Shown: positions 44,239-54,129 of the stretch, piece after piece
How positions within the stretch are numbered: position 1 is the stretch's first letter
Layout of the letters: each line of letters starts with the position of its first letter
Virus record (IMG/VR): IMGVR_UViG_3300048855_000167
Location: 1-64,000 of that record
Length of the DNA: 64,000 bases
Strand: one strand, 5' to 3'
Origin: a virus
Taxonomy: Duplodnaviria > Caudoviricetes
Made by a program: the position numbers and the translations under genes
The notes under the pieces: model-generated
The model's input: only the letters and a program-made list of their open reading frames with translations
Told to the model about the DNA's origin: nothing
Database searches by the model: none

Positions 44239-45126
44239 TTGTCCATTTCGGCGATCGACATTACCAAATTGCCAGCGCCAAGAGTAATCGAAGAGCTGAA
44301 CTACGAGGCCTATCGAGCTCGCGGCATTCAGGAATTCGTCGCGGTATGGGAAACCATTCGTGTCGATAATCCCTCTCTTGGCCTACCGTCTTACACGGTC
44401 GGCATGCTGGAGACCGACCCTTTCGTCATCCTCAACGAGGCGGAAAGCTATCGCGAGACGCTCCTTCGTGCGCGGGTAAATGCCGCGCTCCGAGCAACTC
44501 TTTTGGCCTTCGCCAAGGGCAGCGACCTCGATCATCTCGCAGCCTTCTATGACGTCTCGCGGATGATCGGCGAGCTTGACGACCGGCTCGTGAGCCGCGT
44601 CATCCTTGCCATCCAGGGGCGATCAACCGGCGGTACCGAACCCCGCTACAAATTCATCGCCATGTCGGCAGATCTGCGCGTCCAGGACGCCAATGTCTAC
44701 ACGGTTGGCCGTAGCCCGCTCATTCACGTTGCTGTCTTCTCAACCTCCCCGGACGGCGTGGCGCAGGAGGATCTCCTAGCTATCGTCAATGCTGCTCTGC
44801 AAGACCCGGCGGTCCGGATGGTCAACGACACCATCGTCGTTGCCTCGGCTGTGAAGCAAGTGGTGAACGTGGTCGCGGATGCTTGGCTGCTGCCAGACGC
44901 CGACGTCGCAACCTTGGACCGGGCCGCAGACAATCTCCGGGCTGCATGGTCTGCCGCTCGGTCGCTAGGCCGCGACTTCACCGTCAGCTGGTGGACGGCG
45001 CAACTGATGATCGCGGGGGTTCACAAAGTGACGCCAATCACGCCGTTCACTGACGTGATTGTGCCGTCGTCAGAGTCAATTTCGATCGGAACGATCACCC
45101 TAAACAACAGAGGACGGGCCTACTGA
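44239..45126 (+). CDS. Baseplate assembly protein J
   Basis: LPAPRVIEELNYE, FAKGSDLDHLAA. Confidence 0.9.
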   Translation: MSISAIDITKLPAPRVIEELNYEAYRARGIQEFVAVWETIRVDNPSLGLPSYTVGMLETDPFVILNEAESYRETLLRARVNAALRATLLAFAKGSDLDHLAAFYDVSRMIGELDDRLVSRVILAIQGRSTGGTEPRYKFIAMSADLRVQDANVYTVGRSPLIHVAVFSTSPDGVAQEDLLAIVNAALQDPAVRMVNDTIVVASAVKQVVNVVADAWLLPDADVATLDRAADNLRAAWSAARSLGRDFTVSWWTAQLMIAGVHKVTPITPFTDVIVPSSESISIGTITLNNRGRAY

Positions 45127-46244
45127 TGACTTCTTTGCTCCCCCTCAACACAGGATTGTTCGAGGGGGCGCAGGAGAAGGCCCTTCAGGTGAGGTGGCCG
45201 CTTCTGGAGTCCGGGGCAGACGCTATCGCTTCCGCGAAAATGGCTCCTCCGCCTTCAGTCCTGCCATTCCTGGTCTACGAATACGGGCTGGGCGAGCTGA
45301 CGCCCTACGTTCCCAACCTCTACACGCTTGTTGTCGATCGGGAGGGCGTGAACTGGCAGCGCATTCGCGGCACGCCAGCCGCAGTTAGGAAGGGGCTTGG
45401 CTGGCTCGGCTATTCCGCCACGATGGAAGATGCCTGGCACGGCAGGGTCTACTGGAACAGCACCCAGCTGCGGTTCCCGGTGCTGCCAGCGAATGACAAT
45501 CCGGATCTGGAGCGCATTGAGGGGATCACCCGCCTTTCGATGCCGCTGCGTTCCCGTCTTCGCCGCGGTGTCCACCGGTATGATGTTGGCGCGCTGGAAG
45601 CAGACGGAAGCCGGCTCGACGACAGCATGCTCGACCGCGAGAGCGGTGTGGCCGTCACGGCCGCCGGCACGCTCTGGTCGTTCGGCCGCACGACGCAGAT
45701 CGATCATCAGTTGACCGAAGCCGAAGGCACAGCGATCGGCAACTGGATTCCGGTACCGGGCGATGCCGGGCTCAAATGGGTCGATATGCAGTACCCGTGG
45801 GTGACTGCAAACTTCCTGTGGGCCGCCAATCCAGCTGCGCAGCGCCGGACGCTGATGGCCGCCTGGTTTGTCGGGCGGGTCCACTACGTCACGTTTCGCG
45901 ACCAGCAGGGCGCTGTTATCGGCCATCGTCGCTGCCGCGCTGATCAAGCGGTTCGCCAGGAAGTCGACGGCGTCTACGAGATCGGCGGTGTCCGCTATCA
46001 GCCGCGACCAGGTGCGACTCGTGTCTATCTCGAAGCCATGACCGACTTCGAAGACGCTTTCGACGTCGAGGCGAAATCAGTCGAGCTGACGGTCGGCGCA
46101 ACCCTCGCGGCCGCCACCAAACCCGGCCGCCTATGGCTGCAGCCCGGCGAACTCATTGGCGGTCATCCGATCGCCGTCACGTCTGTTTCCCTGCCGCTGC
46201 GCAAGACCGTGCGCGAGCAGATCAAAATCCTAATGAGGTTCTGA
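45126..46244 (+). CDS. Phage tail protein I-like
   Basis: SLLPLN...LPFLVYEYGL...RGTPAAVRKGL. Confidence 0.82.
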   Translation: MTSLLPLNTGLFEGAQEKALQVRWPLLESGADAIASAKMAPPPSVLPFLVYEYGLGELTPYVPNLYTLVVDREGVNWQRIRGTPAAVRKGLGWLGYSATMEDAWHGRVYWNSTQLRFPVLPANDNPDLERIEGITRLSMPLRSRLRRGVHRYDVGALEADGSRLDDSMLDRESGVAVTAAGTLWSFGRTTQIDHQLTEAEGTAIGNWIPVPGDAGLKWVDMQYPWVTANFLWAANPAAQRRTLMAAWFVGRVHYVTFRDQQGAVIGHRRCRADQAVRQEVDGVYEIGGVRYQPRPGATRVYLEAMTDFEDAFDVEAKSVELTVGATLAAATKPGRLWLQPGELIGGHPIAVTSVSLPLRKTVREQIKILMRF

Positions 46245-49200
46245 TGTACGAGCACGAAAGCGGCCTGCCGTTCGCGTATGATCGCGCCGCCGGCAAACCG
46301 GAGCAGCAGGGGGTTGTCTTCTATGGTGAGCGTCATTTCATCCAAGGCGCCGATCTGAACGATGCGCAGCGGATCATCCGAGGTCGGCATGACCGGCTCG
46401 GCCGCCTGGTCGCCCGCGAAGGCGACCGCATCGAGCGCGCTGACGCCATCATCGACCTCGAATCCGGTGCAGTCACGCTTGCTTCAGGCAGCATCTACGT
46501 TTCCGGCGACGTGTTCCCGGTTGCTGAGGCTGTGCTGGAAGACGTGCCGATGTCCGGCCGCGTCGAGATCGGCGTTCGCCTCGTTCGCACCTATCTGACG
46601 CACGAGGACGACCCCTCCCTTCTCGGACTCGTCCCCGGTTCTCTAGCCGAAGGCGAGCCTGGGGCCGCTCGTGAGACCGCGAGCATTTCCTGGGCGCTTG
46701 AAGGGGATGGCGGAGAAGGCGCCTTCTATTCCGTCTACACTCTCTTGGACGGCACCATCCTCGACCAGACCGGCCCGTCCATTCTGGAACCGGCGCTGCA
46801 GGCGTTGGCCGCCTACGATCGGCCGAACGGCAACTATATCGTCTCGGGCTGCCGCGTGACGGCGATCAGCGTCAACGCTGGCAACCAGCTTTTCTCGATC
46901 GAGCAAGGCGAGGCCAATATCAACGGTTACAAGCGCACTCGCCTCGCGGCTCTGAGGCATGCCCAGCCTGTGGTTTGGGAAGAAGTCGCGATTCCCGGCG
47001 AGACCCACACCTATGCCGGGGGGGAGGAGTTTACCTTCGCGGTCGACCTGGCGCCGATCGGCGTGATCAACGGCATCCTACTGACCAAGGAAAAGACTGT
47101 CACCCTAACCCGCGGCGCGATCGCCAACGGCTCCGACGGTCTGCCAGACAGCAGCGTTATCTCGGTCTCGGCGGTTGTTCAGGGCGGAACCACTTTCGTC
47201 GCGGGGACTAGCTACAACCTCGTAGCCAACGCAATCGATTGGGCGCCGGCAGGCCCCGAACCGGCCGCTGGAACGACCTATAACGTGACCTATCGTTATC
47301 GGGCTGCTGTGGTCGCGACGTCCAACACCGACACGCACATCACTGTCTCGGGCGGCGCAGCGAATAGCGATATCATCGTCTCCTATACGCAGAAGCTGCC
47401 GCGCATCGACCGCTTGTGCCTCGGGCAAGATGGTTCGCCTATCTACATCAAAGGCCTGCCGGCGCGCAGCAATCCGATGCCGCCGGGTGTGCCGAGCGAT
47501 GTTCTGAAGCTCTGCCAGATCTTCAACGACTGGATGTCTCCGCCGGTAGTCACCAATGACGGCGTCCGGTCGATGACCTATGAGGATCAGTGGCGGTACT
47601 TCAACCGTGTCATCGATTTCGAGCGGCTGTTCCAGCTGGAGCGCCTCAAGAACAACATCGACTTCCGGGAGCCGGTCTCCAAGAAGGGGATCTTCGTCGA
47701 TCCTTTCGTCGACGACAGTTATCGGGATGCCGGTGAGTTGCAGAGCGGCGCGATCGGCAATGGCATGCTGCAGTTCGCCATAACGCCGACCTTCTTCACG
47801 GCGACCCTGACCGCGCCCGTGATGCTGGATCTGATCGAGGAAGTCCTGGTCACTCAGGATCTGAAGACGGGTTGCGAAAAGATCAACCCGTATCAGAACT
47901 TCAATCCGCTGCCAGGCACCTTGCGCCTGACGCCCGGGGTCGACTTCTGGACCGAGGATCGGACGGAATGGCTGTCGGCGCAGACTATCGAGTTCAATCG
48001 CGGTACGCGAACCGATGGCGGGCCGCTTCAGACGGTCAACAGTCAGAACCAGCTGGTTGATCATCGTGTCGAGCAGTTGGAATTCCTTCGGCAGATTCCA
48101 GTCGAGTTTACGATCAGCGGCTTTGGCGTTGGCGAGATCCTTGAAACGTTGACCTTCGACGGCATCGACATCAAGCCCGCCGGCGAACAGGTCGCCAACG
48201 CTCAAGGCGAGATCACCGGCACCTTCACCATTCCGGAGAATGTCACCGCCGGCACGAAGATCGTCTCGGCCAAAGGCGCGGGTGAAACCGAAGCCAACGC
48301 CATGTTCACCGGCCAGGGCACCATCGAGATCGACACGATGCGGCGGGTGACCACTGTCCAGAACTGGTCCGCTCCGCAGCTCGTCCAGTGGGTGCAGGAC
48401 CGGGGAAATCCGGGCTGGGATAACAACAGCACGACCGATGGTACCGGTGGCTCTTCCGATCCGCAGGCGCAGATGTTTGCGGTACCGGAAGTGCGGCAGC
48501 TCGTCGGCGTCGATTTCCACATCTGCCATGTCGGCAACCAGGCCAACCATTTGCTTGTTGACCAGGTCTCAATCAGCAACGGCTATCCGACCAGCAATGT
48601 CGCTGCCGAGGTAGTCGTGCCGATGACCGACGCGGTCCCAGGCTGGAAGTCGGCTCGTTACAATCTGCCTCTGACGACGCCGGCTGACCGGACGCACGCC
48701 TTCGTCATCAAGACAGATGATGCTGACCATTCGGTGTCGTTCGCCAAGCTCGGCGGGTTTGACGAGACTCTGCAGAAGCACGTCACGTCGCACCCCTACG
48801 TGACTGGTCCGCGCTTCTCGTCTGTGAACGCACAGACCTGGACCGCTCATCAGGACGAGGCGCTCACCTTCCGCGTCGTCGCTGCGAGATACCCGGTCAC
48901 CACGAAAACCGTGGAGCTGGGTAGCTTCGACCTCGTGCAGGCATCCGACCTACAGGTTCGTGCAGCGGTCGAGCTTCCCGGGCCCGGCTGCTCGGTTGTC
49001 TTCGAGATCGAGCGGACCAACGGCACGATCTATCGCCTCTTGCCGTACCAGGTGCTGCAGCTCACCGAGTTCATCACCGAAACGGTGGAACTGCGGGCAA
49101 TCCTGACCGGGACGGAGAAACTCTCTCCGATCCTGTTCGCCCCGGTTCAGCTGGTTGCCGGCGAGATCGGCACGTCGCTGACCTACATCACCCGCGCCTT

Positions 49201-49468
49201 CACACTCGGCGCTGCCGTCCGGCTCGCCACCTACTTCAAGGCGTTCCTCCCGGGTGGTGCGTCGGTTGCGATGGATTATCGCAAGGACGGCGGTGCCTGG
49301 ACTGAGCTGCCGTTCGTCAGCGCCGAAGCCTTGGCATTCCCGCTTTGGACGGAACGGAAGCATGAGATCACCGGCCAGACCGGAATGCTCGTGCAACTCC
49401 GCATCACCGGAACCGGAGGGCCAGCGGCTCGGCTCATCATCGGCGATCTTGGCGCCGGCATCTTCTGA
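46244..49468 (+). CDS. Large baseplate/tail structural protein (DUF4815-like)
   Basis: ADLNDAQ N-terminus, KKGIFVDPFVDD, INPY. Confidence 0.75.
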   Translation: MYEHESGLPFAYDRAAGKPEQQGVVFYGERHFIQGADLNDAQRIIRGRHDRLGRLVAREGDRIERADAIIDLESGAVTLASGSIYVSGDVFPVAEAVLEDVPMSGRVEIGVRLVRTYLTHEDDPSLLGLVPGSLAEGEPGAARETASISWALEGDGGEGAFYSVYTLLDGTILDQTGPSILEPALQALAAYDRPNGNYIVSGCRVTAISVNAGNQLFSIEQGEANINGYKRTRLAALRHAQPVVWEEVAIPGETHTYAGGEEFTFAVDLAPIGVINGILLTKEKTVTLTRGAIANGSDGLPDSSVISVSAVVQGGTTFVAGTSYNLVANAIDWAPAGPEPAAGTTYNVTYRYRAAVVATSNTDTHITVSGGAANSDIIVSYTQKLPRIDRLCLGQDGSPIYIKGLPARSNPMPPGVPSDVLKLCQIFNDWMSPPVVTNDGVRSMTYEDQWRYFNRVIDFERLFQLERLKNNIDFREPVSKKGIFVDPFVDDSYRDAGELQSGAIGNGMLQFAITPTFFTATLTAPVMLDLIEEVLVTQDLKTGCEKINPYQNFNPLPGTLRLTPGVDFWTEDRTEWLSAQTIEFNRGTRTDGGPLQTVNSQNQLVDHRVEQLEFLRQIPVEFTISGFGVGEILETLTFDGIDIKPAGEQVANAQGEITGTFTIPENVTAGTKIVSAKGAGETEANAMFTGQGTIEIDTMRRVTTVQNWSAPQLVQWVQDRGNPGWDNNSTTDGTGGSSDPQAQMFAVPEVRQLVGVDFHICHVGNQANHLLVDQVSISNGYPTSNVAAEVVVPMTDAVPGWKSARYNLPLTTPADRTHAFVIKTDDADHSVSFAKLGGFDETLQKHVTSHPYVTGPRFSSVNAQTWTAHQDEALTFRVVAARYPVTTKTVELGSFDLVQASDLQVRAAVELPGPGCSVVFEIERTNGTIYRLLPYQVLQLTEFITETVELRAILTGTEKLSPILFAPVQLVAGEIGTSLTYITRAFTLGAAVRLATYFKAFLPGGASVAMDYRKDGGAWTELPFVSAEALAFPLWTERKHEITGQTGMLVQLRITGTGGPAARLIIGDLGAGIF

Positions 49469-49476
49469 GGATCGAA

Positions 49477-50781
49477 ATGGCAGTCACCGAACACTACGAG
49501 ATCCCGCTTCCGGACCCGGCTGCGGAGGTCGACGATGAATTCTATCGCCTGCAGCAGGCTTGGACTCTCGTCGACTCGGTCCTCTGGCTGCTGGCGCAAG
49601 CCATTGCCGAGAAGGCAAACGTCAACCACACGCAGGCGATGTCGACGGTTGTCGGCTTGGTCGAAGAGTTGGCCGGTAAGATGCCGGCCAACAGGACTTT
49701 CTCCCTCGATGATCTGACGGATGTGAACGGAGCTGCCGGCGCGGCGAACAATTACGTCCTGGTCAAGAACGCCAGTGGGCAATGGGTGCCATCTTCCGCC
49801 ATTGCCGCGCTGGGACCGCACCAGCATGGGGCCGGCGACATCGTCGGTCTAGCGGCTGCAATCAACGCAGCTGTCGCGGCTGTCGTTGGCGCTGCGCCTA
49901 CCACCCTCGACACGCTGAATGAGCTGGCGGCCGCCCTTGGTAATGACCCCAACTTCGCCGCGACGATCATGGCTCTGCTGGGGCAGAAGGCGGCAGCGGC
50001 AGACGTTTACACCAAGGCACAAGTCGATGCGGCTATCGGTGCCATCCAGGGCGTGCCCTCGGGCTTCATCATTGCGGGGGCGACGCCTACGGCTCCGGCT
50101 GGTTGGTTGAAGTGTAACGGACCGGCGATCAGCAGGACGACATATGCCGGCCTGTTCCACGAACTGGTCACGAAACCCGGCTACACTCCGCAAGCTTTCA
50201 CTGTCTCGATTGGCTCGCCGGGTCTTTTCTCGAAGGCCGCTCACGGCTTTCTTGGCGGTGAGCGCCTTCGTTTAAGCACAAACGGCGCGTTGCCAACGGG
50301 GTTGAATACAACCACCGACTACTTCGTCATCTTTGTCAGCGTTGACACATTCTATTTGTCGACCTCTGACATTGCGCCTGTTCCTATCAACACTTCAGGA
50401 ACGCAGTCAGGGACACACACTTACCTGATGAGTTTGTGGGGGCTGGGTGACGGAGTCACGACCTTTAACGCTCCCGATCTTCGCGGTGCGTTCCTTCGCG
50501 GGATGGAGGGATTTGGTCGCGGCCTTGACGTTGGAAGATCCGTGGGTTCGTTCCAGCGAGATGCAATGCAGCCGATTACCGGCAGTGCCGGTGGCACGCT
50601 TCCTGGCGCAGCCAACGGGGCGTTCTTCTACTTCGGCGCGGCCACGGACTCATGGAGCCGAGGCGGCGGCAGCGGCACGGCCACCGCGTCACGCGTGGAC
50701 TTTGACAGCTCCAGGCAAGTGAGGACGGCGGCTGAAACTCGCCCGGTCAACGTCTCCTTGCATTATTTCATCAAGATTTGA
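49477..50781 (+). CDS. Tail fibre with collar domain
   Basis: LDTLNELAAALGNDPNFA; GWLKCNG...SRTTYA...TTFNAPDLRGAFLRG. Confidence 0.88.
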   Translation: MAVTEHYEIPLPDPAAEVDDEFYRLQQAWTLVDSVLWLLAQAIAEKANVNHTQAMSTVVGLVEELAGKMPANRTFSLDDLTDVNGAAGAANNYVLVKNASGQWVPSSAIAALGPHQHGAGDIVGLAAAINAAVAAVVGAAPTTLDTLNELAAALGNDPNFAATIMALLGQKAAAADVYTKAQVDAAIGAIQGVPSGFIIAGATPTAPAGWLKCNGPAISRTTYAGLFHELVTKPGYTPQAFTVSIGSPGLFSKAAHGFLGGERLRLSTNGALPTGLNTTTDYFVIFVSVDTFYLSTSDIAPVPINTSGTQSGTHTYLMSLWGLGDGVTTFNAPDLRGAFLRGMEGFGRGLDVGRSVGSFQRDAMQPITGSAGGTLPGAANGAFFYFGAATDSWSRGGGSGTATASRVDFDSSRQVRTAAETRPVNVSLHYFIKI

Positions 50782-50791
50782 GGCGGCTGCG

Positions 50792-51421
50792 ATGGAAATC
50801 TACCACTACCACCCGGTGACCGGCTCACTGCTGGGAAGAGGGCCGGCTGATCCTGACCCTCTAGATAACCCCCATGGCGATCCTGCCTTGCCGTTTCTCA
50901 TCCCGGCGTATGCGACAACAGTTGCGCCGCCGGAACCCGTCGCGGGCACAGACAGGGCGTTTCGGGACGGGGCGTGGGCCTATGTCGACATCGAGCCACC
51001 GGAAGAAGAGCCGGAGCGAGAGGTGCTTCCGCCTTCCTCGGGAGACGTAGATGCTGAACGGGATCGACGCATCGACGCGGGCTTCACCTTCCAGGGCGTT
51101 CTGTATCAGGCGGACAGCGAGGCAAGGGAAAACATCATGGGCGCGCACAAGGCCGCTTCTGATGCGATGACGCTATTCGGCGCGCAGGAGGGCGATCTCG
51201 CTTGGCAGCAGCTCATCGACCCCAATGCCCCGGCCGAGTTCAAATGGATTGCGGCAGATAATTCGCGGATTCCCATGGATGCGCCCACTGTCCTTCGCTT
51301 CGGCTATGCCGCCTTGGGCCACAAGTCGCGGCACATCTTCGCCGCGAGCGACCTGAAGAGCATGGACCCGATCCCGTCAGACTTCGCCACCAACCCGACT
51401 TACTGGCCGGCGAGCGACTGA
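50792..51421 (+). CDS. Tail fibre assembly protein (DUF4376-like C-terminus)
   Basis: YHYHPVTG, LIPAYAT, ERDRRI, WIAADN. Confidence 0.8.
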   Translation: MEIYHYHPVTGSLLGRGPADPDPLDNPHGDPALPFLIPAYATTVAPPEPVAGTDRAFRDGAWAYVDIEPPEEEPEREVLPPSSGDVDAERDRRIDAGFTFQGVLYQADSEARENIMGAHKAASDAMTLFGAQEGDLAWQQLIDPNAPAEFKWIAADNSRIPMDAPTVLRFGYAALGHKSRHIFAASDLKSMDPIPSDFATNPTYWPASD

Positions 51422-51449
51422 CCGCCTGAAAATCTCACTGACCTTTCTC

Positions 51450-51475
51450 AAGGGGCGCTCCGGCGCCCCTTTTCA
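51450..51475 (+). terminator. Intrinsic terminator
   Basis: AAGGGGCGC-TCCG-GCGCCCCTTTT. Confidence 0.65.
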
Positions 51476-51514
51476 ATTCGCGGGCGCTGATCGCTATCAA
51501 AGGAGACAATTGCA

Positions 51515-52987
51515 ATGGCCGACATCTATCTACACGGCGTGGAAACCGCTGAGAATACCAATGGGCCGCGCCCGGTCATGACCATCGACACCGGTGTCAT
51601 CGGCCTCGTCGGTACCGCACCGGATGCCAGCGACCAGCTCTGGCCGTTGGACACCGTCGTGCCGATCTACGGCTCCAACGGCGCGGTGCAGGGACTCGGC
51701 GCAGACGGCACCCTCAAGGACGCTATCGAAGGAATCTTCGACCAAGCGGGCCGCGTGTCGCAGACAATCTTGGTTGTGCGCGTCGAGCAGGGCGATAACA
51801 TCCTCGAGACGATGGCTAACGTCCTCGGCAACTCGACGCAGTTCACCGGAATGCACGCACTGCGGAAGGCGCCTGGCGAACACGGTTTGAAGCCGAAGCT
51901 GCTCATCGCGCCGGGCTTCACCTCGGTCCGTCCGACCGACGGCATCAAGACCATCGCCAAGGCGACCCCGGGCGCAGGCTATACCTCGGCTCCCACGGTT
52001 ACCATCACGGGTGGCGGCGGGGGTGGCGCCACGGCGGTCGCCACCATCAACAGCGAAACGGGCGAGCTCGACCAGATCGTCATCACCAACCCGGGCTTTG
52101 GCTACACCTCGGCTCCAACGGTCACGCTGACCGGCGGTGGCGCAACCACGCAGGCCACGGCAACGGCAAGCGTCGGCACGGTGGCGAACCCGGTCACGAT
52201 GGAACTGCTCACCCTCGCGAACCGGTTCCGCGCTGGCGTGATCAAGGACTCCCTGGCGACCACCACGTCTGCCGCGATCTCCGATCGGCTGGATTACGAT
52301 ACCGATCGCCTGCTGATCATCGAGCCGATGGCGAAGATCTTCAAGGATGCGGTCGTGGTGCAGGAGCCGCCGTCGGCTCGTGTCGCCGGCCTGCAGGCGC
52401 GGGTGGACTACAGCGAGGGCTTTTGGGTCTCGCCGTCGAACCACGTCATCGAAGGCATTGTCGGCGTGTCCCGCCCGATCGAGCACTCGATCACGGACCC
52501 GTCCGCCGAGTCGCAGCTCCTCAACAAGAACGCGGTCGCTTGCATCGTTCGGTCCCCCAACGGCGGCTTCAAGCTGTGGGGCTCGCGGGTGCCGTCCTCG
52601 GAATCTCTAAAGGCGTTCTGGTCGGTCCGGCGTGCCCACGACACGATCATCGACTCGATCGAGCGTGCGGCCGAGCCGTTCATCGACAAGCCGTTCAGCG
52701 TGCAGGTGCTCGTTGACATCGCTGAGACCGTGAACAGCGCGCTCCGCCGGTGGAAGGCGATGGGGGCAACCCTGGGCGGCCGCGTCTGGCTCGATACCAA
52801 GCTCAATACCAAGGAGACTTGGGCGAGCGGTCAGCTCTTCATTAGCTACGACGGTGAAGCGCCGGCTCCGATCGAGCACATCACGTTCATCTTCAACCGG
52901 AACACCGGCTACTACGAGGAGCTCGGCTCCAGTGCCGTCCGCGAGATCGCCCGCATGGCTGGCACGGCTATCCCTGCCAACGCCTGA
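51515..52987 (+). CDS. Tail sheath
   Basis: YLHGVE, VIGLVGTAP, SPSNHVI, WGSR. Confidence 0.92.
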   Translation: MADIYLHGVETAENTNGPRPVMTIDTGVIGLVGTAPDASDQLWPLDTVVPIYGSNGAVQGLGADGTLKDAIEGIFDQAGRVSQTILVVRVEQGDNILETMANVLGNSTQFTGMHALRKAPGEHGLKPKLLIAPGFTSVRPTDGIKTIAKATPGAGYTSAPTVTITGGGGGGATAVATINSETGELDQIVITNPGFGYTSAPTVTLTGGGATTQATATASVGTVANPVTMELLTLANRFRAGVIKDSLATTTSAAISDRLDYDTDRLLIIEPMAKIFKDAVVVQEPPSARVAGLQARVDYSEGFWVSPSNHVIEGIVGVSRPIEHSITDPSAESQLLNKNAVACIVRSPNGGFKLWGSRVPSSESLKAFWSVRRAHDTIIDSIERAAEPFIDKPFSVQVLVDIAETVNSALRRWKAMGATLGGRVWLDTKLNTKETWASGQLFISYDGEAPAPIEHITFIFNRNTGYYEELGSSAVREIARMAGTAIPANA

Positions 52988-53017
52988 TCACAACCGCACG
53001 CATAAGGAGATCAAACC

Positions 53018-53527
53018 ATGCGGCATATTCTGCAGGGCTTCACCATGTTCATGGATGGGCTCGACTTCGGCATCGACACGGAGGAAGTGGAGCTCCCGCT
53101 GCCGACTCCGGTCACCCAGGAGTACCGGGGAGGCGGCCAGGACTTAGGGATCACTCTTCCCATGTCTGCGATCGAGGCCATCCAAATCACAGTCAAGATG
53201 GCGGGCCACAACCCGGACATCATGGCTGTCATGGCGCAGGCTCCGGGCGTCACCCGTCGCGTCACCTTCCGCGGCGGTGTGATGCGGGAGCAGGACGGCG
53301 GGATCGCAGCTCATGTCTGCATCGTCGAAGGCGCCATCAATGGCAGCTCTCGCGACCGCTGGCAGCGCGGTGAGAAGTCCGGCGTCGAGTTCGTCATGAA
53401 CGGCGTCAAGTATTTCCGCTACGAGGCCGACACCCGCATCATCCATGAGCTTCAGGTCTGGCCTCCGGTCCGGATGATCAATGGCGTCAACCAGCTCGCA
53501 GCTCTCAACCAGGCGCTCGGCTATTAA
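53018..53527 (+). CDS. Tail tube (FII-like)
   Basis: EYRGGG, NGVNQL. Confidence 0.9.
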   Translation: MRHILQGFTMFMDGLDFGIDTEEVELPLPTPVTQEYRGGGQDLGITLPMSAIEAIQITVKMAGHNPDIMAVMAQAPGVTRRVTFRGGVMREQDGGIAAHVCIVEGAINGSSRDRWQRGEKSGVEFVMNGVKYFRYEADTRIIHELQVWPPVRMINGVNQLAALNQALGY

Positions 53528-53556
53528 GCCGAGCCCCCAACCCAAAGGAGAGTGAC

Positions 53557-54024
53557 GTGGTGGATCAGGTCACAAAGGCAATGTCGCAACAGGAAATGGA
53601 TCGCGTCCTGGAGCGCAAGGCAAAAGAGGTGGAGGTGGGTGCTGTTGCCAGCATGGCGCCTCCGGAATTCGTCGAGGGCGCGGTGAGGCACATCAGCGTG
53701 CCCCTCGATTACCCGGTCGTCTTCAACGGCGAAACCATCGACAAGGTCGTCATCCGGCGGCCGACCATGAGGGAATGGCGCGCATACCTTCGGGAATGTG
53801 TCGACGCGGTGAGAGAGAGGGGGCCGGGCGCTGACGACCTTGTCGATCAGGTCTGGCTCAGTGTCCCCGCCGTCGTCCTCGAGAGCCTAGATTTCGTCGA
53901 TGGTTCGCGCGTGGAGAGCGCGCAAGAGGGTTTTTTCGAACGTGCAAAGTCGCCTCCAGAGACGGGGGCGGCGGATTCGTCGTCCAGCACATCCGACACT
54001 GGAGAACCTTCGCCTTCGTCGTGA
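53557..54024 (+). CDS. Tail assembly chaperone; -1 frameshift product ends at 54122
   Basis: PLDYPV...VIRRPT; in-frame slippery heptamer G GGT TTT at 53928-53934. Confidence 0.8.
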   Translation: MVDQVTKAMSQQEMDRVLERKAKEVEVGAVASMAPPEFVEGAVRHISVPLDYPVVFNGETIDKVVIRRPTMREWRAYLRECVDAVRERGPGADDLVDQVWLSVPAVVLESLDFVDGSRVESAQEGFFERAKSPPETGAADSSSSTSDTGEPSPSS

Positions 54025-54129
54025 TGAGGGAGAGCCAGGGCGGCGTGAGCATGGAAACCATTTTGGACGGCACTTTCCCGGATCTCGTCGATCTGTGGGA
54101 GGAGGCCGTCTACATTCGATAGGTGAACA

